From Adineta vaga (taxonomy: Eukaryota > Animalia > Rotifera): a stretch of DNA of 64,000 bases. This document shows, one piece after another, positions 1 through 13,475 of this stretch. The notes under the pieces are model-generated. The model saw only the letters and a list, made by a program, of their open reading frames with translations, was not told where the DNA came from and did no database searches. Both the position numbers and the translations under genes were made by a program. The stretch lies in assembly GCA_021613535.1 (NCBI GenBank), contig CP075492.1:4774001-4838000 (forward strand), written 5' to 3'. Numbering within the stretch: the first letter of the stretch is position 1; every line of letters begins with the position of its first letter.

Positions 1-3000
1 ATTCTTGTCGTACTTTCTTATTTTCTGAATCTCTTCCTTTGACAGTAATTTCACATGTTTTCGTTGCTGTATTACTATTAATAGTAATTTCAACTTGTTT
101 CTGTGCTTGCCAACGCCATTTCATTGGATTAAAAATTCGTACCATTTTCATCACACTTTCAAGATTACGTTCAAAATTTTGATGCGCAGCAGCGGTTGCT
201 AAATCTCTCAAATTAAATTTCAATTCAGAAATCATCTGTTGTCGAAGATGTAATTCGGCATTAAGAACAGTACCCGATGGGCCTTTCAGTAATAGTGTTC
301 CACTACCCATTTGCATATTAATTCTACTGGAGAATTTTGATAATGCTGTTGTATATCGACTATCAGAATTTAAATACGTTTCTTCTTCATTACTCAATTG
401 AACTCGACGTTCAAGTTGATGTTCAAGCCATTCAGGTTTAATTTCACCAACAAAAGAAAGAATTGCTGTTGCACGAACAGCAGTTGAATGACGAATATCT
501 CGTGCTAGAATAAGTGAGACAGGTGCTGAATTCATTGGTCGCGTTAATGTCGATTGTAGATCGAGAATAGCTGCATCACCTTCACCATTATATCGTTCAA
601 AATGCAAATGTTTATCATGTAATTCTCTTTTCGAAACAAAAACATTATCATAATAACCATCTAATAATGATTTGGCAACTAATTCCCAATCACCAGATAT
701 AACTTGTGCAGCTTCACGAAAATCATCGGATAGATTAAATAATTTTTCTAATGTTGTATATCGTCGAAATGCTTGTCGAATAATATGTTGTATATCACGA
801 AGACCTTTCGCCGTACAAACACGATCAAAATCAAATTGTTTCGGTGGTACGGATTGTTTAACAAGAAGAACTTCATTCATTACATTTAATAATGTCATAA
901 AATCACCATCAGGACTTTTTAAATTTTGTGGAATACTTTTAAATATGACTGTTGTATTCAATACACCCAACATACTTGAAAGATAGATAAGATCACGTCC
1001 ACAATTGTAATGCATAAGTGCAGCTAATACCGCTTTTGACATAGCAAGCGAACCAAAATCTGGTAATTTCGAAAGGAGCTTACCATCCTTAGTTAATTGA
1101 TCGCTAGATGCACTACTTAAGATACCTAACGAACAAAAAACAGCAAACTAACAAAGTTGTCAATAGATAAGTTGTCTACTTACCTAATCCTTGCAATTGT
1201 CTGAGAGTTGCATTGATTGCTGGTTGCGAAGGTCTATCTGGTAAGAATTGTTTTACATATTCGAGTCCTTTTTTCAATGGTGATTTTCTTAATGAAAATT
1301 CTAAATTCATTAAATCTGATTGACATATTTGTGGTATTGGATATTTCAAAGCTTCAGGTTTAAAACTATATAAAGCATAATATTCTCCTGTTTGAGTTCG
1401 ACCTAAACGTCCACGTCTTTGTTTAATCGTCGATTCTGCTGCACGTAATTCTTTTAATACAGTTCGTTTTGATTCCACATCATACACAGGCGTATTAATC
1501 ATTCCTGTATCGACTACATATTTTAATGAAGGAAACGTTAATGATGTTTCAGCAACAGTTGTAGAAAAGAAGACTGTTCCATGTTCGATATTTTCTTGTT
1601 GAACATTTGGATGTTGAGATTGAACAAGTGGATAGGCAACAATTGTTCCTCGACTAATATCATTTATTAAACGAGTGCATTGATTAACTTCAGAAACGGA
1701 ACTAACGAAGCAAAGAATTTGATCATGTCGTTTACGTTTTTTACATAATTCTTGGACAATATCGAGAACATTTTCATTTGGACGTGAAATTGTATCAACA
1801 CGATGTAAAGTACCCATTTGTGGCATTTGAAATTCAGCTAAACCAGCTTGAGGAATTTTTCGAAAGAGATCCGGTACGGATGCATTCAAAGTTGCGGATG
1901 AAATAATTACTTTCATTTTGGATTTCAATTCCGGTTTATTTGTTAATAAACGAGCTAATAATGCTAAACAAAGATCAATATTTACTGATCGTTCATGAAC
2001 TTCATCAACAAAGAAAACTACAGATTTATTTAATTGTGTATGAGTTGTAATAAAATGTTCATCATAAAGTAAACGTTCTTTGAGTAAACCATCGGTTAGA
2101 TAAAGAACTTTGGCTTGTGGATTACTCTCCGCACCACTAACAGCCCAACCAGCTAAATGATTCGATGCTGTTCCAATATCAGTCATCATCGTTTTATTTA
2201 CACGTTTACAAATCAATTGACATGGTAAACGTCGTGGTTGTGTAACAATTACTTTATCATATCCTTCGGCGACAAGTAATGCTGGTAATAAAGTGGATTT
2301 ACCTGATCCTGTGGATGTTGAAATAGTTGTCACAGCATTTTTCTCGATTTTATCTAATAATTCTTCTGATGATTCATATAATGGTAATTGTAATGTAAAA
2401 CATGAATGATACAACATTAATCGTTCTAATAATTTTGGTATTAAACTAAAATGTCTCGTTTCATGTCCTTGATATTTCTTATCTGTTCGAAATTCTTTTT
2501 GAACTTTTTGAATAAAATTACTTACAACAGTCGCTGATTTAACTGTTGCTTCAGAATCAAGTTTTAAACGTTGCATTATGATATTTCGTTTAATAAAGTC
2601 ATCTAATGCTTGTTGTTTTAATGATTCAATTTCATTCATAATTGAGACTTTCTTCATGAAAGTATCTGTGATTGATCGTATATCATTCCATGGTTTTGTT
2701 AATCGTTCTTCAATACATGGATCTTGTAATGGTCTGATTTTTTCTTGAAGATATTCATCGAATTGTTTCTTATATTCGATTGTTTTCGCTTTTAAAAGTT
2801 CGCCAAATAATTGTTTATATTCACGCCAAATTTTTGCGTGACATTTAATTGGTGCTAAAGCATCTGTCATTATTGATCGAATAACACGATTCAAATAACG
2901 TTGATAAAAATCTTTGGCTGATTTGATTAAATTTAATAATGACCAAATTCGTTGAAGAATAGCTTTGAATTCATCATGATGTTCTAGAAAACCTGAAATA

Positions 3001-5466
3001 GTGACGATGTATTGATCATTCTTTTCGTCAAAGACCATTCGCGGTATTCGATCAGCAAATGATGAATCAATATTATGAACTGCGTTTCGTAATCGATTCA
3101 ATATAAGAAGATTTTTCGGTGTTAGAAAGTCATGTATTACTTCTTTCTGAATATTATTATATTCAATAGATTTGATATTCTTTGCTAACTGCTGAAATTT
3201 AGTTTCTTTTCGTTTATTTTTCTGTTGTTCCTCTTCCATTTGTTCAATACGATTGATTAATTCCTGTAACTCTTGTTGGTGTTTAGCTGATTGTGCACTT
3301 TTTGACTCTAACATTTCTTGTACTTTTGCTCGTTGACTATCGATCTTATTTTGAAGTTTTCTATTTTCTTCGTTCATTACTGCTAAATCACTATTCATCT
3401 TAGCTATTGCTTTATCGTCAGCTGTTGGAGCAGTTCTTTCAACTAAAGATTTTTCTTGTATTGATTGAACTTGTGCAGCAGATTCATTGATGCAATCATC
3501 AATGTTTTTGTCTGATACATCATCAGAACTTGATGTGGTGGATGCATTCGATCTGCTTGTAGATATTCTTGAACTCTTGGTAGTAGTAGCGGATTGTTGA
3601 TTAAATGCAGTATCATTATTTGTTGCATTGCCGGAATCAACATGCAACGTGTTCAGAAGATCTTCAATCGATTGAGGAGCATTGGTTGGTCTGTTAGATG
3701 TCTGAAAGGAAAAAAAAAATTAGATTAATTGAAAGTGTTTGTATTACCTTTTCTGATGTATCAGCAAAGTTCTTATGAGTTGATGTTGTAGTAGTGATCG
3801 AAGAATTATTCTCATCATCATTATCATCATCATCATCATCATCATTAATATATTCGCCTAATTCTTCATCGTCATCTCCTATTGTATCTTGAATTGAAGC
3901 ATCAGAACTTTTTTTGAATCGAGCAGTAGTTAAAGGTACAGGATCTAAATTAGCCAATGATTCATATTGATCAATACCGATGATTTTATCTTTATGTTTT
4001 GGATTATTTGATATCATTTTCGGTATCCATCGTATATAACCTCGAATACTTTCGTCATCATTAGCAAATGTGAATGTTTGAAGATTAAATTTTACTTGTT
4101 CTTTCTTAAAAATTGGTAAATCTAAATTGATCTCTTTTCGTCGATAATTCATCGTTTGTTCTAAATGACTACTTGTTCGTGCGTCACAATAGTACCATGA
4201 ATTAAGATGAAGAACAAATTTACTATCATATATCGTTGGTATAGTCAACATTTCGAGAGTTGAATCCGATTGACCCTGAGGATGTTTAACACACATAATC
4301 TGCCATATGGCATAACAATCAAAATTTAATATTGATGAACCACGACATCGAACCCAGGCTAAATTCTGTGCATAATCTTGATCTTTTCCAGAACGTAAGA
4401 ATTTGATCATTGATACACTATAGACACCTTTACGTACGGCTAAATGAATTTCTTGCTTGAATTCATTGTCTGGTGGTTCTGGGAGAAGAGCTTTTTGTAA
4501 CTTGGTTGATTCATAATCCGTAAATTGATACCATTTTTCATCAGCAAATGGTTTGTATTCCCAAAAACAATCAACAATTTTCGATCCATCCTCAACTATT
4601 GGTTGATCTGGAAGAGAAGTTGTTTGTCTAGAATAACCAAGAATAAGATATTCACGGAAGAATTTTAGAATTTCTGGTCGAGCACTGGCATTCATAATCG
4701 GTGTCTCATGAGCATGGTTCAAAAGAAAACAGTCAGCTTTGTTTTCAACTAAAAATTTCACTATTTTCAAATGTCCTTGAAAACAAGCACCATGTAGTGC
4801 CGATGAACCGGCTGTTGGATTCGCGGTATAATCTTCTGTAGAAAATGTCGTCACACCTGGCATTACTCGCATAATATGTTGTTGGTTTTGTGCATTGACA
4901 GAACATCGTGCAGTTTTAATCAAATATTTGACGATATTTAAGCGATCATTTCGAGCAGCCGAATATAATAAAGTTGTTCCCCAAAGACCTGATTTATCTT
5001 TAGCATTTGGATACTTTTTAATAAATTCTTGTACTTTATCAAGATTACCATCCCATGCTGCTTGAAAAGCTTTCAAAGAATCTAACATACTTTGTGTTTC
5101 ACGTAGAAAGGAATCGAGTATACCAATATTAAATGGAGTTTTAAATTTTCGTTCATGATAAACATAATTAAATTCGTATAAAAAATCTAATAAATATTTT
5201 CGACAAACTTTTGATAACCGTGAAATATTATCGGTTAAAATGCTTTCTAAAGTTGTTTGTAATTCTTGCATGGCATCTTCTTCAGCTTTATCTAATGTAA
5301 ATACATGAATATTGACATCTAATGCCGTATTAGTCAATGGAGAATCTGCCGAACTATTCGCTTCTATATGTCCATCCGTTTTCAAATCACTGATAGCTAC
5401 ATGAATCGAAGATATAATTGCTTCGAAACATCGTTGAAGTTTTGTCTCGTCGCCCGATTCCGACAT
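1..5466 (-). CDS. Large multidomain protein: ankyrin repeats + tandem WWE-like domains + coiled coil + DEAH/RHA-family RNA helicase with HA2 region; 3' end runs off the window
   Basis: ORFs 3694-5466 and 1176-3647 join in frame through GT-AG intron 3702-3747. Intron 1126-1183 continues into GILSSASSDQLTKDGKLLSKLPDFGS (HA2-like). Ankyrin motifs: GTTLLYSAARND, GSSALHGACFQGH. WWE-like: WEYK..DEKWYQF and WYYCD. Helicase motifs: STGSGKST, TQPRR, DEVH, SAT, TVAETSLT, QRRGRLGR. Confidence 0.85.
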
Positions 5467-5856
5467 TTTTTATCACCAAAAATACATTCAAAAATAGAGT
5501 TATATCTGAAAATCAAAATGTATGTCGCAACTTAAAACAAAACAAATGACTCTTTCCTTTTTTCCAACTTTTTTCATATCGGACACATTTTTTGCGTTTT
5601 GTCTCCAACAGAACAGAAGAAAACGTCAGAGGGTGGGTGTGTAAAAAACAACGCAACGATGTGAAGCTTCATGTAGCAACTTTGCTTTCTTATCGAGAAA
5701 ATGAAGAACAACAACGGACGTAATGTCAAAAACGTATATTAAATGTAATTTCGCCGAAATTTTGTACAAAGTTCGCATTTTGGTTGGTAAAAACTGACTT
5801 GATGCATATTATTCACAATTTTTCAAATCTGTGAAAGAAAATATTAGACTACGGAT

Positions 5857-6650
5857 TTATTTCTTAAACAAACGTTTTATAAAATATGTTTGGAATGAAA
5901 AACAACTAACAATAATGAAAATATGAATTAATGCCCAACGATTAATCCAAAAGAATGTTTCTTCTAATAAGTAGAAATCTTTTTGATTCAACATTTCAAC
6001 TTCCATTTGATATTCACGAGAGATCATTATACGATGAGTTATAGATTCAATTGCATTCTAAAAATCTATCATGAATTATTAGTGATTAATATAAATATAT
6101 ATCTTACACGAACATTCGTTGATACATTATCAAAATGTTCGATCTCTTTCATCTTTTCTAAAATCTTATCAACATGATAAATATGAAGAAAGACAGACAT
6201 GTATTTAGCATAATTATCAGTTGTTTCATGATCCATACAGATATCAATCAACGCTAAAAGAAATATACTATTGATTTGAAGTTAAGAATGAATATTAGTT
6301 ATTATACTTGTTTCATTGATTAGAAGATCTAAATGGCCTCGTTGAGGTGTTCTGGATAAATTGATTATACTTCCATTGTGTGCGTTACGAAAAAACACAA
6401 TTATATGATCATCGTTTGTGTCAGCATTTAAAATTTCATACATGAAATAGATGCGTGAACCTTTTTCTACTAATTCATGATAGCATTCTTGGACACCTGG
6501 TTCGAGCCAAAACTTAAAACCCATTTCTATTTTTGGAAAAGAAACGGTTCATAAAATTCTGCAAAACTTCCAAAACAATTTACCTTTAATATTCTCAAAA
6601 TCACCATAAATAAATGGACAAATGAAAAGCAATAAAATTAGATACTTCAT
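5857..6650 (-). CDS. p24/TMED (emp24/gp25L) GOLD-domain cargo receptor, multi-exon
   Basis: Signal-peptide exon MKYLILLLFICPFIYG (ATG 6650); GOLD-like FKFWLEPGVQECYHE; C-terminal TM and tail RWALIHIFIIVSCFSFQTYFIKRLFKK* (TAA 5857-5859). Internal exon borders only partly resolved. Confidence 0.75.
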
Positions 6651-7522
6651 CACAAATTTTGACTTTATTTTACTCTTCTACGTGTTATTTCATCAGAGTA
6701 AAAATGATGGACTAAAAATTATAAATGTAATAGTGTATACGCAGATGGGTATCGTATAGTAGAAAGAGATGAAAAAAAAAAGAGAACAGTCGTATTTATT
6801 CAAGGATTGTATCAGTAGAATGAAAATGATCAGAATATGAAAAATCTATATTTTTTTGAATGAGAAAGATGAGACTCAAGATATCATTATGCTGCAATTA
6901 TATTCTCTCACTATACAGGTAGTTGACAATAAGATATTCGCAGTAAAAGTGATTTTATTTAGCCATCCATTTGAAAACATTCATTATTATATGTATAGAA
7001 ATATACATCCCTGTTTCTTGTTTAATTCACTCTATCATACATAATATTTTCTTTCTTTCATGATTGTGAATATTCTCACTGGTTGAAAACAAAGATCTCG
7101 TTCGAATTTCATTAGTTTGTTGAATTTATTTTTGAGAAAACGACTACATATGTATCCATAACCATAAATGATAGTATGCCATTTCAAAATTCCGTGTTGT
7201 AAATTATGAGAAGATAGCATTATTAAAATTAGATCAAATTTCTCCGTCATATATTCAATGCATAACTTCGAGAGTATAATCAGTTGAAAAAAAACTACCC
7301 GTAAGATTTTTGATACATTTAAAAATGCTTCGTCCTGCTGACCAATCATGTGCAGTAAATATATAAGGTGAGTCTTCCACATCTGTCTGTGACATAACTT
7401 AAAAAACGTATTGAAAATTAAAAACACACGAAATTATCTATGATCATCATTACAATGATACTTCGTTTATTAATAAATAAAAGTTAGTATGGTTAGCTGG
7501 TGATATGAAAGTGTATATTTCT

Positions 7523-8272
7523 TTAAATTTGTCCGGCACCACCATCAACAAAAAGTTCAATACCAGTAATATATGAACTATCATCGGAAGCTAAAAATAC
7601 GACACTTTTAGCAATTTCAATTGGTTGTCCAAGTCGATTCATCACAGTCATTGATGTAACTCTATCGGTGATATTCTTTGATATTTCTTTTGTACTTCCC
7701 AAATTATGCATTAAATCCGTATCGATAGGACCTGGACTAATAGCATTGACTCGAATCTGACGATCTTTTAAATCAACACACCAACATCGTGCAAAAGATC
7801 GAACTGCAGCTTTACTTGCAAAATAAACACTCGATGCTAATGAACCTTTGATTGAAACAAATGATGCATTCAGTATAATCGATGCTCCATTATTTAATAT
7901 TGGTAAAGCTTTTTGAACAGTAAAAAGAACACCTTTAACGTTAATATTAAATATATCATCATAGAATTTTTCTGTTATGATATCTAATGGCATTGTACCA
8001 CCGACACCTGCGTTAGCAAAAAGAACATCTAATTTTCCTTTTTCTTGTTTGATCACTTCATAAATATGATCAAGATCTTCTAATTTCGATGAATCCGCTC
8101 GAATTGCTAATACACTTTTACCAATTTTCTGCACGGCTAAATCAAGTGCTTCTTGTCGACGACCAGTTATAAATACATATGCACCTTCAGCAACAAACTG
8201 TTGAGCAGTGGCTAAACCAATACCATCTGATCCACCTGTAATCAATGCAATTTTTCCATCAAGTTTACCCAT
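7523..8272 (-). CDS. Classical short-chain dehydrogenase/reductase (SDR), intronless, bacterial-like
   Basis: TGGSDGIG Rossmann motif, ANAG, catalytic YFASK, IRVNAISPGPIDT, C-terminal ELFVDGG. Confidence 0.93.
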   Translation of the reverse strand: MGKLDGKIALITGGSDGIGLATAQQFVAEGAYVFITGRRQEALDLAVQKIGKSVLAIRADSSKLEDLDHIYEVIKQEKGKLDVLFANAGVGGTMPLDIITEKFYDDIFNINVKGVLFTVQKALPILNNGASIILNASFVSIKGSLASSVYFASKAAVRSFARCWCVDLKDRQIRVNAISPGPIDTDLMHNLGSTKEISKNITDRVTSMTVMNRLGQPIEIAKSVVFLASDDSSYITGIELFVDGGAGQI

Positions 8273-8314
8273 AGCTAGTTAATATTCTCGTGTACATACA
8301 AACGAATGCATGTT

Positions 8315-8322
8315 TATTTATA
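8315..8322 (-). promoter_or_regulatory. Putative TATA box of the SDR gene
   Basis: TATAAATA on the minus strand about 43 bp upstream of ATG 8272. Confidence 0.45.
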
Positions 8323-8556
8323 CTACTGTATGAAGTTTATGCTTCGTCATGATGACATTGGTCTTTCTTACAGAACGAACAAAACTTACTAGGAATATGT
8401 TAGAATATTCTGAAAAATCAATCCTTTTCTATTTCTATATACGGCATTCATCTTTCAAATAAGATATGTTCGTTACGTTTTCTTCTTTATTGATTATCGT
8501 TTAATGAATGAAAAAAAAACTTTTCACAATACAAGTAAATAAAAGAAAAGTTCAGA

Positions 8557-9038
8557 TCAATACGGTATTGGTTTATTAAGTCGAGCCCATTCTTTTTCCA
8601 TTTCAGGATTTTTTATTGGTGGAATAAGTCCATTTTCTCGCCACATATCTGATGGAACTTCTTCGACATGAACCTAAGACAAAAATCAATAGAAATAGAA
8701 TCAGAGAAACTTAACTATATGCAATATCTTACTTCCCAATCAAAACCTTTTTCTTTAATAAATGGAGCTATAACATTTTCATACTTATCAGAAAAAACTT
8801 TTTTTCCTTCTTCAGTTGGTATTTGTCTTGCTAGATGTTGAACTACGATTCGAATAAATTTCTCTGTTAATTTACCACCAACAAAAAATGAATCACTTTC
8901 AATCGGTATAAAAAGAACCACAACATAGAATGCAGGCAAACCACGTCCTGTATACAAAGCAGTTATACTTTCTGAAAGTGCTGCTTTATCAGCTGCAGAA
9001 AAAGCAGATGGTGGGTGATAGATTCGATGTAACGGCAT
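8557..9038 (-). CDS. Putative oxalocrotonate-tautomerase-like protein (Pro1 tautomerase superfamily, fungal/bacterial type), 2 exons
   Basis: Begins M-P (catalytic Pro1); GLPAFYVVVLF motif. Intron 8674-8732 restores DWE|VHVEEVPSDMWRENGLIPP...WARLNKPIPY* (TGA 8557-8559). Confidence 0.8.
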
Positions 9039-9402
9039 TTTGATTATGAACTAATTTAACTAGTTTTTATAGTATCATTTTTCGCCTAGTCATCATGCAT
9101 TAACGATTGAATGAATATATTCTTTCTCTTCTTTTCATGCATTCGTTTTATACACGTGTTTTAATATAATAAAAATGCCTCGTCATCGTCTCTCTATTCT
9201 CTTCTTTTCAAAAAAGAAATTATTTTAAACGAAAATAATCTAACGCTAAAGATGATGAAGTTTATGTAAGCGAGAAACATCTCACACACATTATCATTTT
9301 ACAGAAAAAAAAGTACGTTTTCAAATCACTAAATTGCGAGATTATATCTGACTTCATTCATTTGTAAAACTTTTTGTTATCTTTTCAATTTTGAATAACA
9401 TC

Positions 9403-10161
9403 ATGTTGTCTTCATCAATGACTATTCAAATACTTTCAATGTTATGCAACAACAGTTCATTTATATCAACCATATTATTATTGCTGCTGCTGCTGCTGCT
9501 AAAACTTACACTCTTTCGTAATAATCGATGTACTTTTTGTTCAATTACTGAATCGTTTGTGAATATAATTATAATATTAATCGTCTATTTTCCAGATCAA
9601 ATAGTTCAAGAATACTTCAAACAATTCCCTGCATTTTGTTTCTTTGAAATTCTTTCATCGTTTGGTTCTGTGCTCATCAATTAATCTTCACTTCATTGTT
9701 ATTCGTATTTTTCTCAATGATTTACTTCCAATAACTATTTCATCTATCTTCAGTTTGTTCATCATTACATTCCTATCGGAGACGTCGATGGTTTGATCAT
9801 CAAATGACCGCGATGATCTTCGTACGAGTGATTGTATTCCTTATTTTAGCATTTTCATATACAATCTTTCGAATCTATAATGTTTTTACCATATCTCAAT
9901 CGGATTCTCTTCTTTATACAATTAATAACTATTGTTACTTGTATTGTATTTTTAATCTATGTGGTAAAATTACTAATAGATTCAAAACTTAATTCTTTTC
10001 TGTGTCTATATAGTTAAGCTTTTAATTATTTCTGTTAACATTATCATGATTTTGTCGACAAGTGAAGTATCTTTTAATCAGACAATGTTGGCAATCAATA
10101 GAATATCGATGTCAATCCAATCACAATGTGATCTATCCGATTAGTACTAATTCAAATACGT
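9403..10161 (+). pseudogene. Decayed tandem duplicate of the downstream GPCR
   Basis: Fragments match 10922-11991 (LFRNNRCTF vs LFRRNRCAF; QMTAMIFVRVI vs QMTAMVFVRVI; a similar last exon containing CWQSI) but with deletions, frameshifts, stops and a (CTG)n tract at about 9482-9500. Confidence 0.75.
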
Positions 10162-10921
10162 TCGACATTGAACTAGAATAAGGTACTGTCTAAAGTTCTT
10201 CTTTGATTACAAAAATAAATTTAGTGAAGAGAGAAATACGTTTAAAATAATAATAGATGTACATCACAGTGAAATTTTTCCGACAAGTAGACATCAATTA
10301 ATTAAATTCTAATCCATTTGAAATGATGAAATATATTCCAAGTACATATATGAATTAATGTTGTTTAGTTCAGAATAAGAAAAATGTATTCTCTTTTGTA
10401 CCTATAGTTTTCCACGTCTAACTGAATTTCTATATCTATGACAATTATATCAACTCATGGTGTGTTGATTAAATCTTTTCACTAAAATAGTGCATCGATG
10501 ATGAATAGAATAACATGATTTTATTCATTGGGGATTATATATCAAAAAGAGTCCAGCTTGTTTTTTTACAAGTCACTGAAAAGTGCATTTTTCTTTCTTC
10601 GAGAAAAGAAACTCATAGTTTCAAATGAATATATCAGACATAATTCGAGTTTGTATAGCACTGATCTTTTATAATAGAATTATAATAAACAATAGAATGA
10701 GATAGAATATATGTTTATAAATACTTTTTTATGACATTATTGAAATATAGAAGTAGTTAGTCTCATTTCCATTATTAATGTTAGAATTTTTTTCTCTTAA
10801 AATCACGTCTCCATATATACTTCTTATTTTAATATAATTTTTTTAATGAGTATGTCGAAATGACGCAGTCAACACAAATATGTCAGTATATAATTCAATA
10901 CATTTATTTTAGGAGATATTA

Positions 10922-11991
10922 ATGTCGACATTATTATTCAGTATTGAACTTCAAACATGGACCCGACGTTACATTTTATACGTCAATAGTATTATCTTAT
11001 GTATTGGATTATTCGGAAATATTCTTAATATTCTTATTTTTACCAAACTAAAACTCTTTCGTAGAAATCGATGTGCTTTCTATTTCATTATTGAATCGAT
11101 TGTTGATATATATCTACTTCTGAATATTGTATTACCTATTTTATATCAAGCAATCTATCGAGTTAATCCTGAAGATGAATCACTAATTTGGTGTAAATTA
11201 AAAACTACTTTTAGTCAATCTTTTCGACTTCTGATTGGCTCAATCGTTTGTTATGAAGCATTAGATCAATTTTTTTCGACAAATCATCAACATCATCTTC
11301 GACCACTCACAAATTTAAAACTTCCACGAATCTTAATCATTTCAACAACGATCATATGTACATTACAAACAATTCCATACATTATTTTCTTTGACATTGT
11401 ACCACCATTCGGTTGTATTATAGTTAATGAAATTTTGGTTAATTATTATTCATACGTTTACTATGTTTTTCTCAATGGATTATTACCAATCTTTATTGCT
11501 TGCCTCTTTAGCATCTTAGCTTATCGAAATGTTCGCCGACTCGTTCGCCGGCAGATCCCTATTGAACGTCGACGACTTGACCGTCAAATGACTGCAATGG
11601 TTTTTGTACGAGTAATTGCATTCGTTACTTTTTCATTACCATACACAATCTTTCGAATCTATTTATTAAATACAAATGATTCAACGATCGATAGTTTTCA
11701 TCAGGCAGTTTATCACTTAGTCTTAGTATTAGTAACATCGATTCTTCTTTGGAATTATTCGGTAAGATTGTTCATATGAATACGCGTGAAATTCAAATTC
11801 AAATTCTTATTCTTTGTTTTGTACTTGTTTAGTTAAACTTCTATTTATTTTTGTTAACATCATCACGATTTCGTCGACAAATAAAACACTTTTTGATCAA
11901 ACGATGTTGGCAATCAATAAAACGTTACTACCGATGTGATTTAAATACTGTCCATCCTACAGACAATCGATCAGATTCAACTGATATGTAA
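10922..11991 (+). CDS. Rhodopsin-like (class A) orphan GPCR, 2 exons
   Basis: GLFGNILNILIF (TM1), WCKLK, seven hydrophobic segments. Intron 11762-11832 adds LNFYLFLLTSSRFRRQ...DM* (TAA 11989-11991). Confidence 0.85.
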
Positions 11992-12608
11992 CTACAATAC
12001 TCAACATAAACTATTTGCATATCTTGTTTCAAAAATTTCTAAATATATATTTTCCTCGTTTTGAAAAAATTCGATAAAGATTTTTTTCTCTTTTCGAATT
12101 TTAAGTAGGACTGTAGAAAACTAACGACGATAAGAACTGGATTACTCAAGGATCATAGTCAAGTTAAATTGCGAAGAGCGATTTTTCGTAGGATGGTGAG
12201 TTGTGAAGTGTCGATCGATCATGCCTTAATGCTTTTTTCCATATTAATCTACTTTCAATTTCGGATGAAGTCTCAACCTCACGAATCTTACAGTTTCATT
12301 TTGGAAAATCGTAGTTTTTCGTTGTTGTCAATGATTTCTTTCGAACTCATTATATGTTGTATGTAAATCAACAAAAAATTTTTTTGGAAATATTTTACGA
12401 AAGAACTCGCCATTCTATGTTCTTACACAATTTCTTTTTGTAACACCCTCAGCTTTACCTGAGTCATAACAAACATTTTTTTCCTTCTTTGTGATTCATA
12501 GGAAACAGTATCACGTGTAATATATATATATGTGTATTTCGTAAAGAAGTTAAGAAGAGAACGTAAACAGATTTTACCATTGCAGACAAATATTTCTCAA
12601 TTTATACA

Positions 12609-13475
12609 ATGTCATCAGTCGAATGTGGTTCGACAAAACTTCCACTGGAGCTTTGGCAACATGTCTTCATATTACTTCCTTCACTTGAAGATCTCTTTCG
12701 AACATCAGCTGTTTGTCATCTATTTCGTTCTTTGATTCTTAAGAATTGGTTCTTGAAAAGATATTTAACAAAAAATCGTCTGCGTCTCAAGGATAATTTA
12801 CAAATTTGGCTGAAGCTTTCCAACAAAGATAATATCTACGAAAATTCTATTCCGGCTGAAGAATCCATTGCAGAAAGTATAACAGAATGTTGTCCTGAAG
12901 TTAAGAACTTCTTTTATACTAAAAATAAATTTTTCAATCACAAACCATGTCTTATACACAATAATTCGAAGATACATCTGAATTATCTACTGGGAAAAAC
13001 AGGTTTTTATCAGTGGACTTTATCATTTTGGATATTTATCAAAAATAATCAACTGCTTGAAACAGTCTGTATATACTTGTATTATAATATTGAAAATCCA
13101 TTGCAAATCATTTTAAACTTTGCTGATGCATGTGTTTCAATGAGAGATAAAAAAGAAGAGAACATCGTTCGACCTTGTAATCAACTTCAATCTGGTGAAT
13201 GGATACACGTTGCAATTGTTAATGTGTTCGAACCTTTCCCAAGCGTAAAACTTTACATTGATGGAATAGAAATTTGTGAATATATAGTATTAAATTATTG
13301 TCTTCTAGATGATCCATTAAGCAAGTTATACATTAGCAATGAGTGTTATTTTGGTCGTTTGGCTGATTTATGTTTTTGGTCGAGACAATTGTCTCGAATA
13401 GAAATTTGTTCTATAGCTGAACAGAAGACAAGTATTGATTTAGTTGACATCGTGAAAACTCTGATTGGAACATAA
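12609..13475 (+). CDS. F-box protein with C-terminal LamG/concanavalin-A-like domain
   Basis: LPLELWQHVFILL..VCHLFRSL (F-box); WTLSFWI, GEWIHVAIV, KLYIDG, GRLADLCFWSRQLS (LamG_3 pattern). Confidence 0.8.
   Translation: MSSVECGSTKLPLELWQHVFILLPSLEDLFRTSAVCHLFRSLILKNWFLKRYLTKNRLRLKDNLQIWLKLSNKDNIYENSIPAEESIAESITECCPEVKNFFYTKNKFFNHKPCLIHNNSKIHLNYLLGKTGFYQWTLSFWIFIKNNQLLETVCIYLYYNIENPLQIILNFADACVSMRDKKEENIVRPCNQLQSGEWIHVAIVNVFEPFPSVKLYIDGIEICEYIVLNYCLLDDPLSKLYISNECYFGRLADLCFWSRQLSRIEICSIAEQKTSIDLVDIVKTLIGT

Noticed and set aside
672-986. Short ORFs antisense to or overlapping real genes (e.g. 672-986, 23391-23916, 33227-33490, 37765-38437, 59080-60260)
   Set aside because: Shadow frames of longer, motif-bearing genes with no recognisable features.
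6856-7427. ORFs 6856-7044 and 7035-7427, and a minus-strand fragment MSQTDVEDSPYIFTAHDWSAG
   Set aside because: Quickly interrupted by stops; the weak resemblance to an alpha/beta-hydrolase HDW motif is insufficient.
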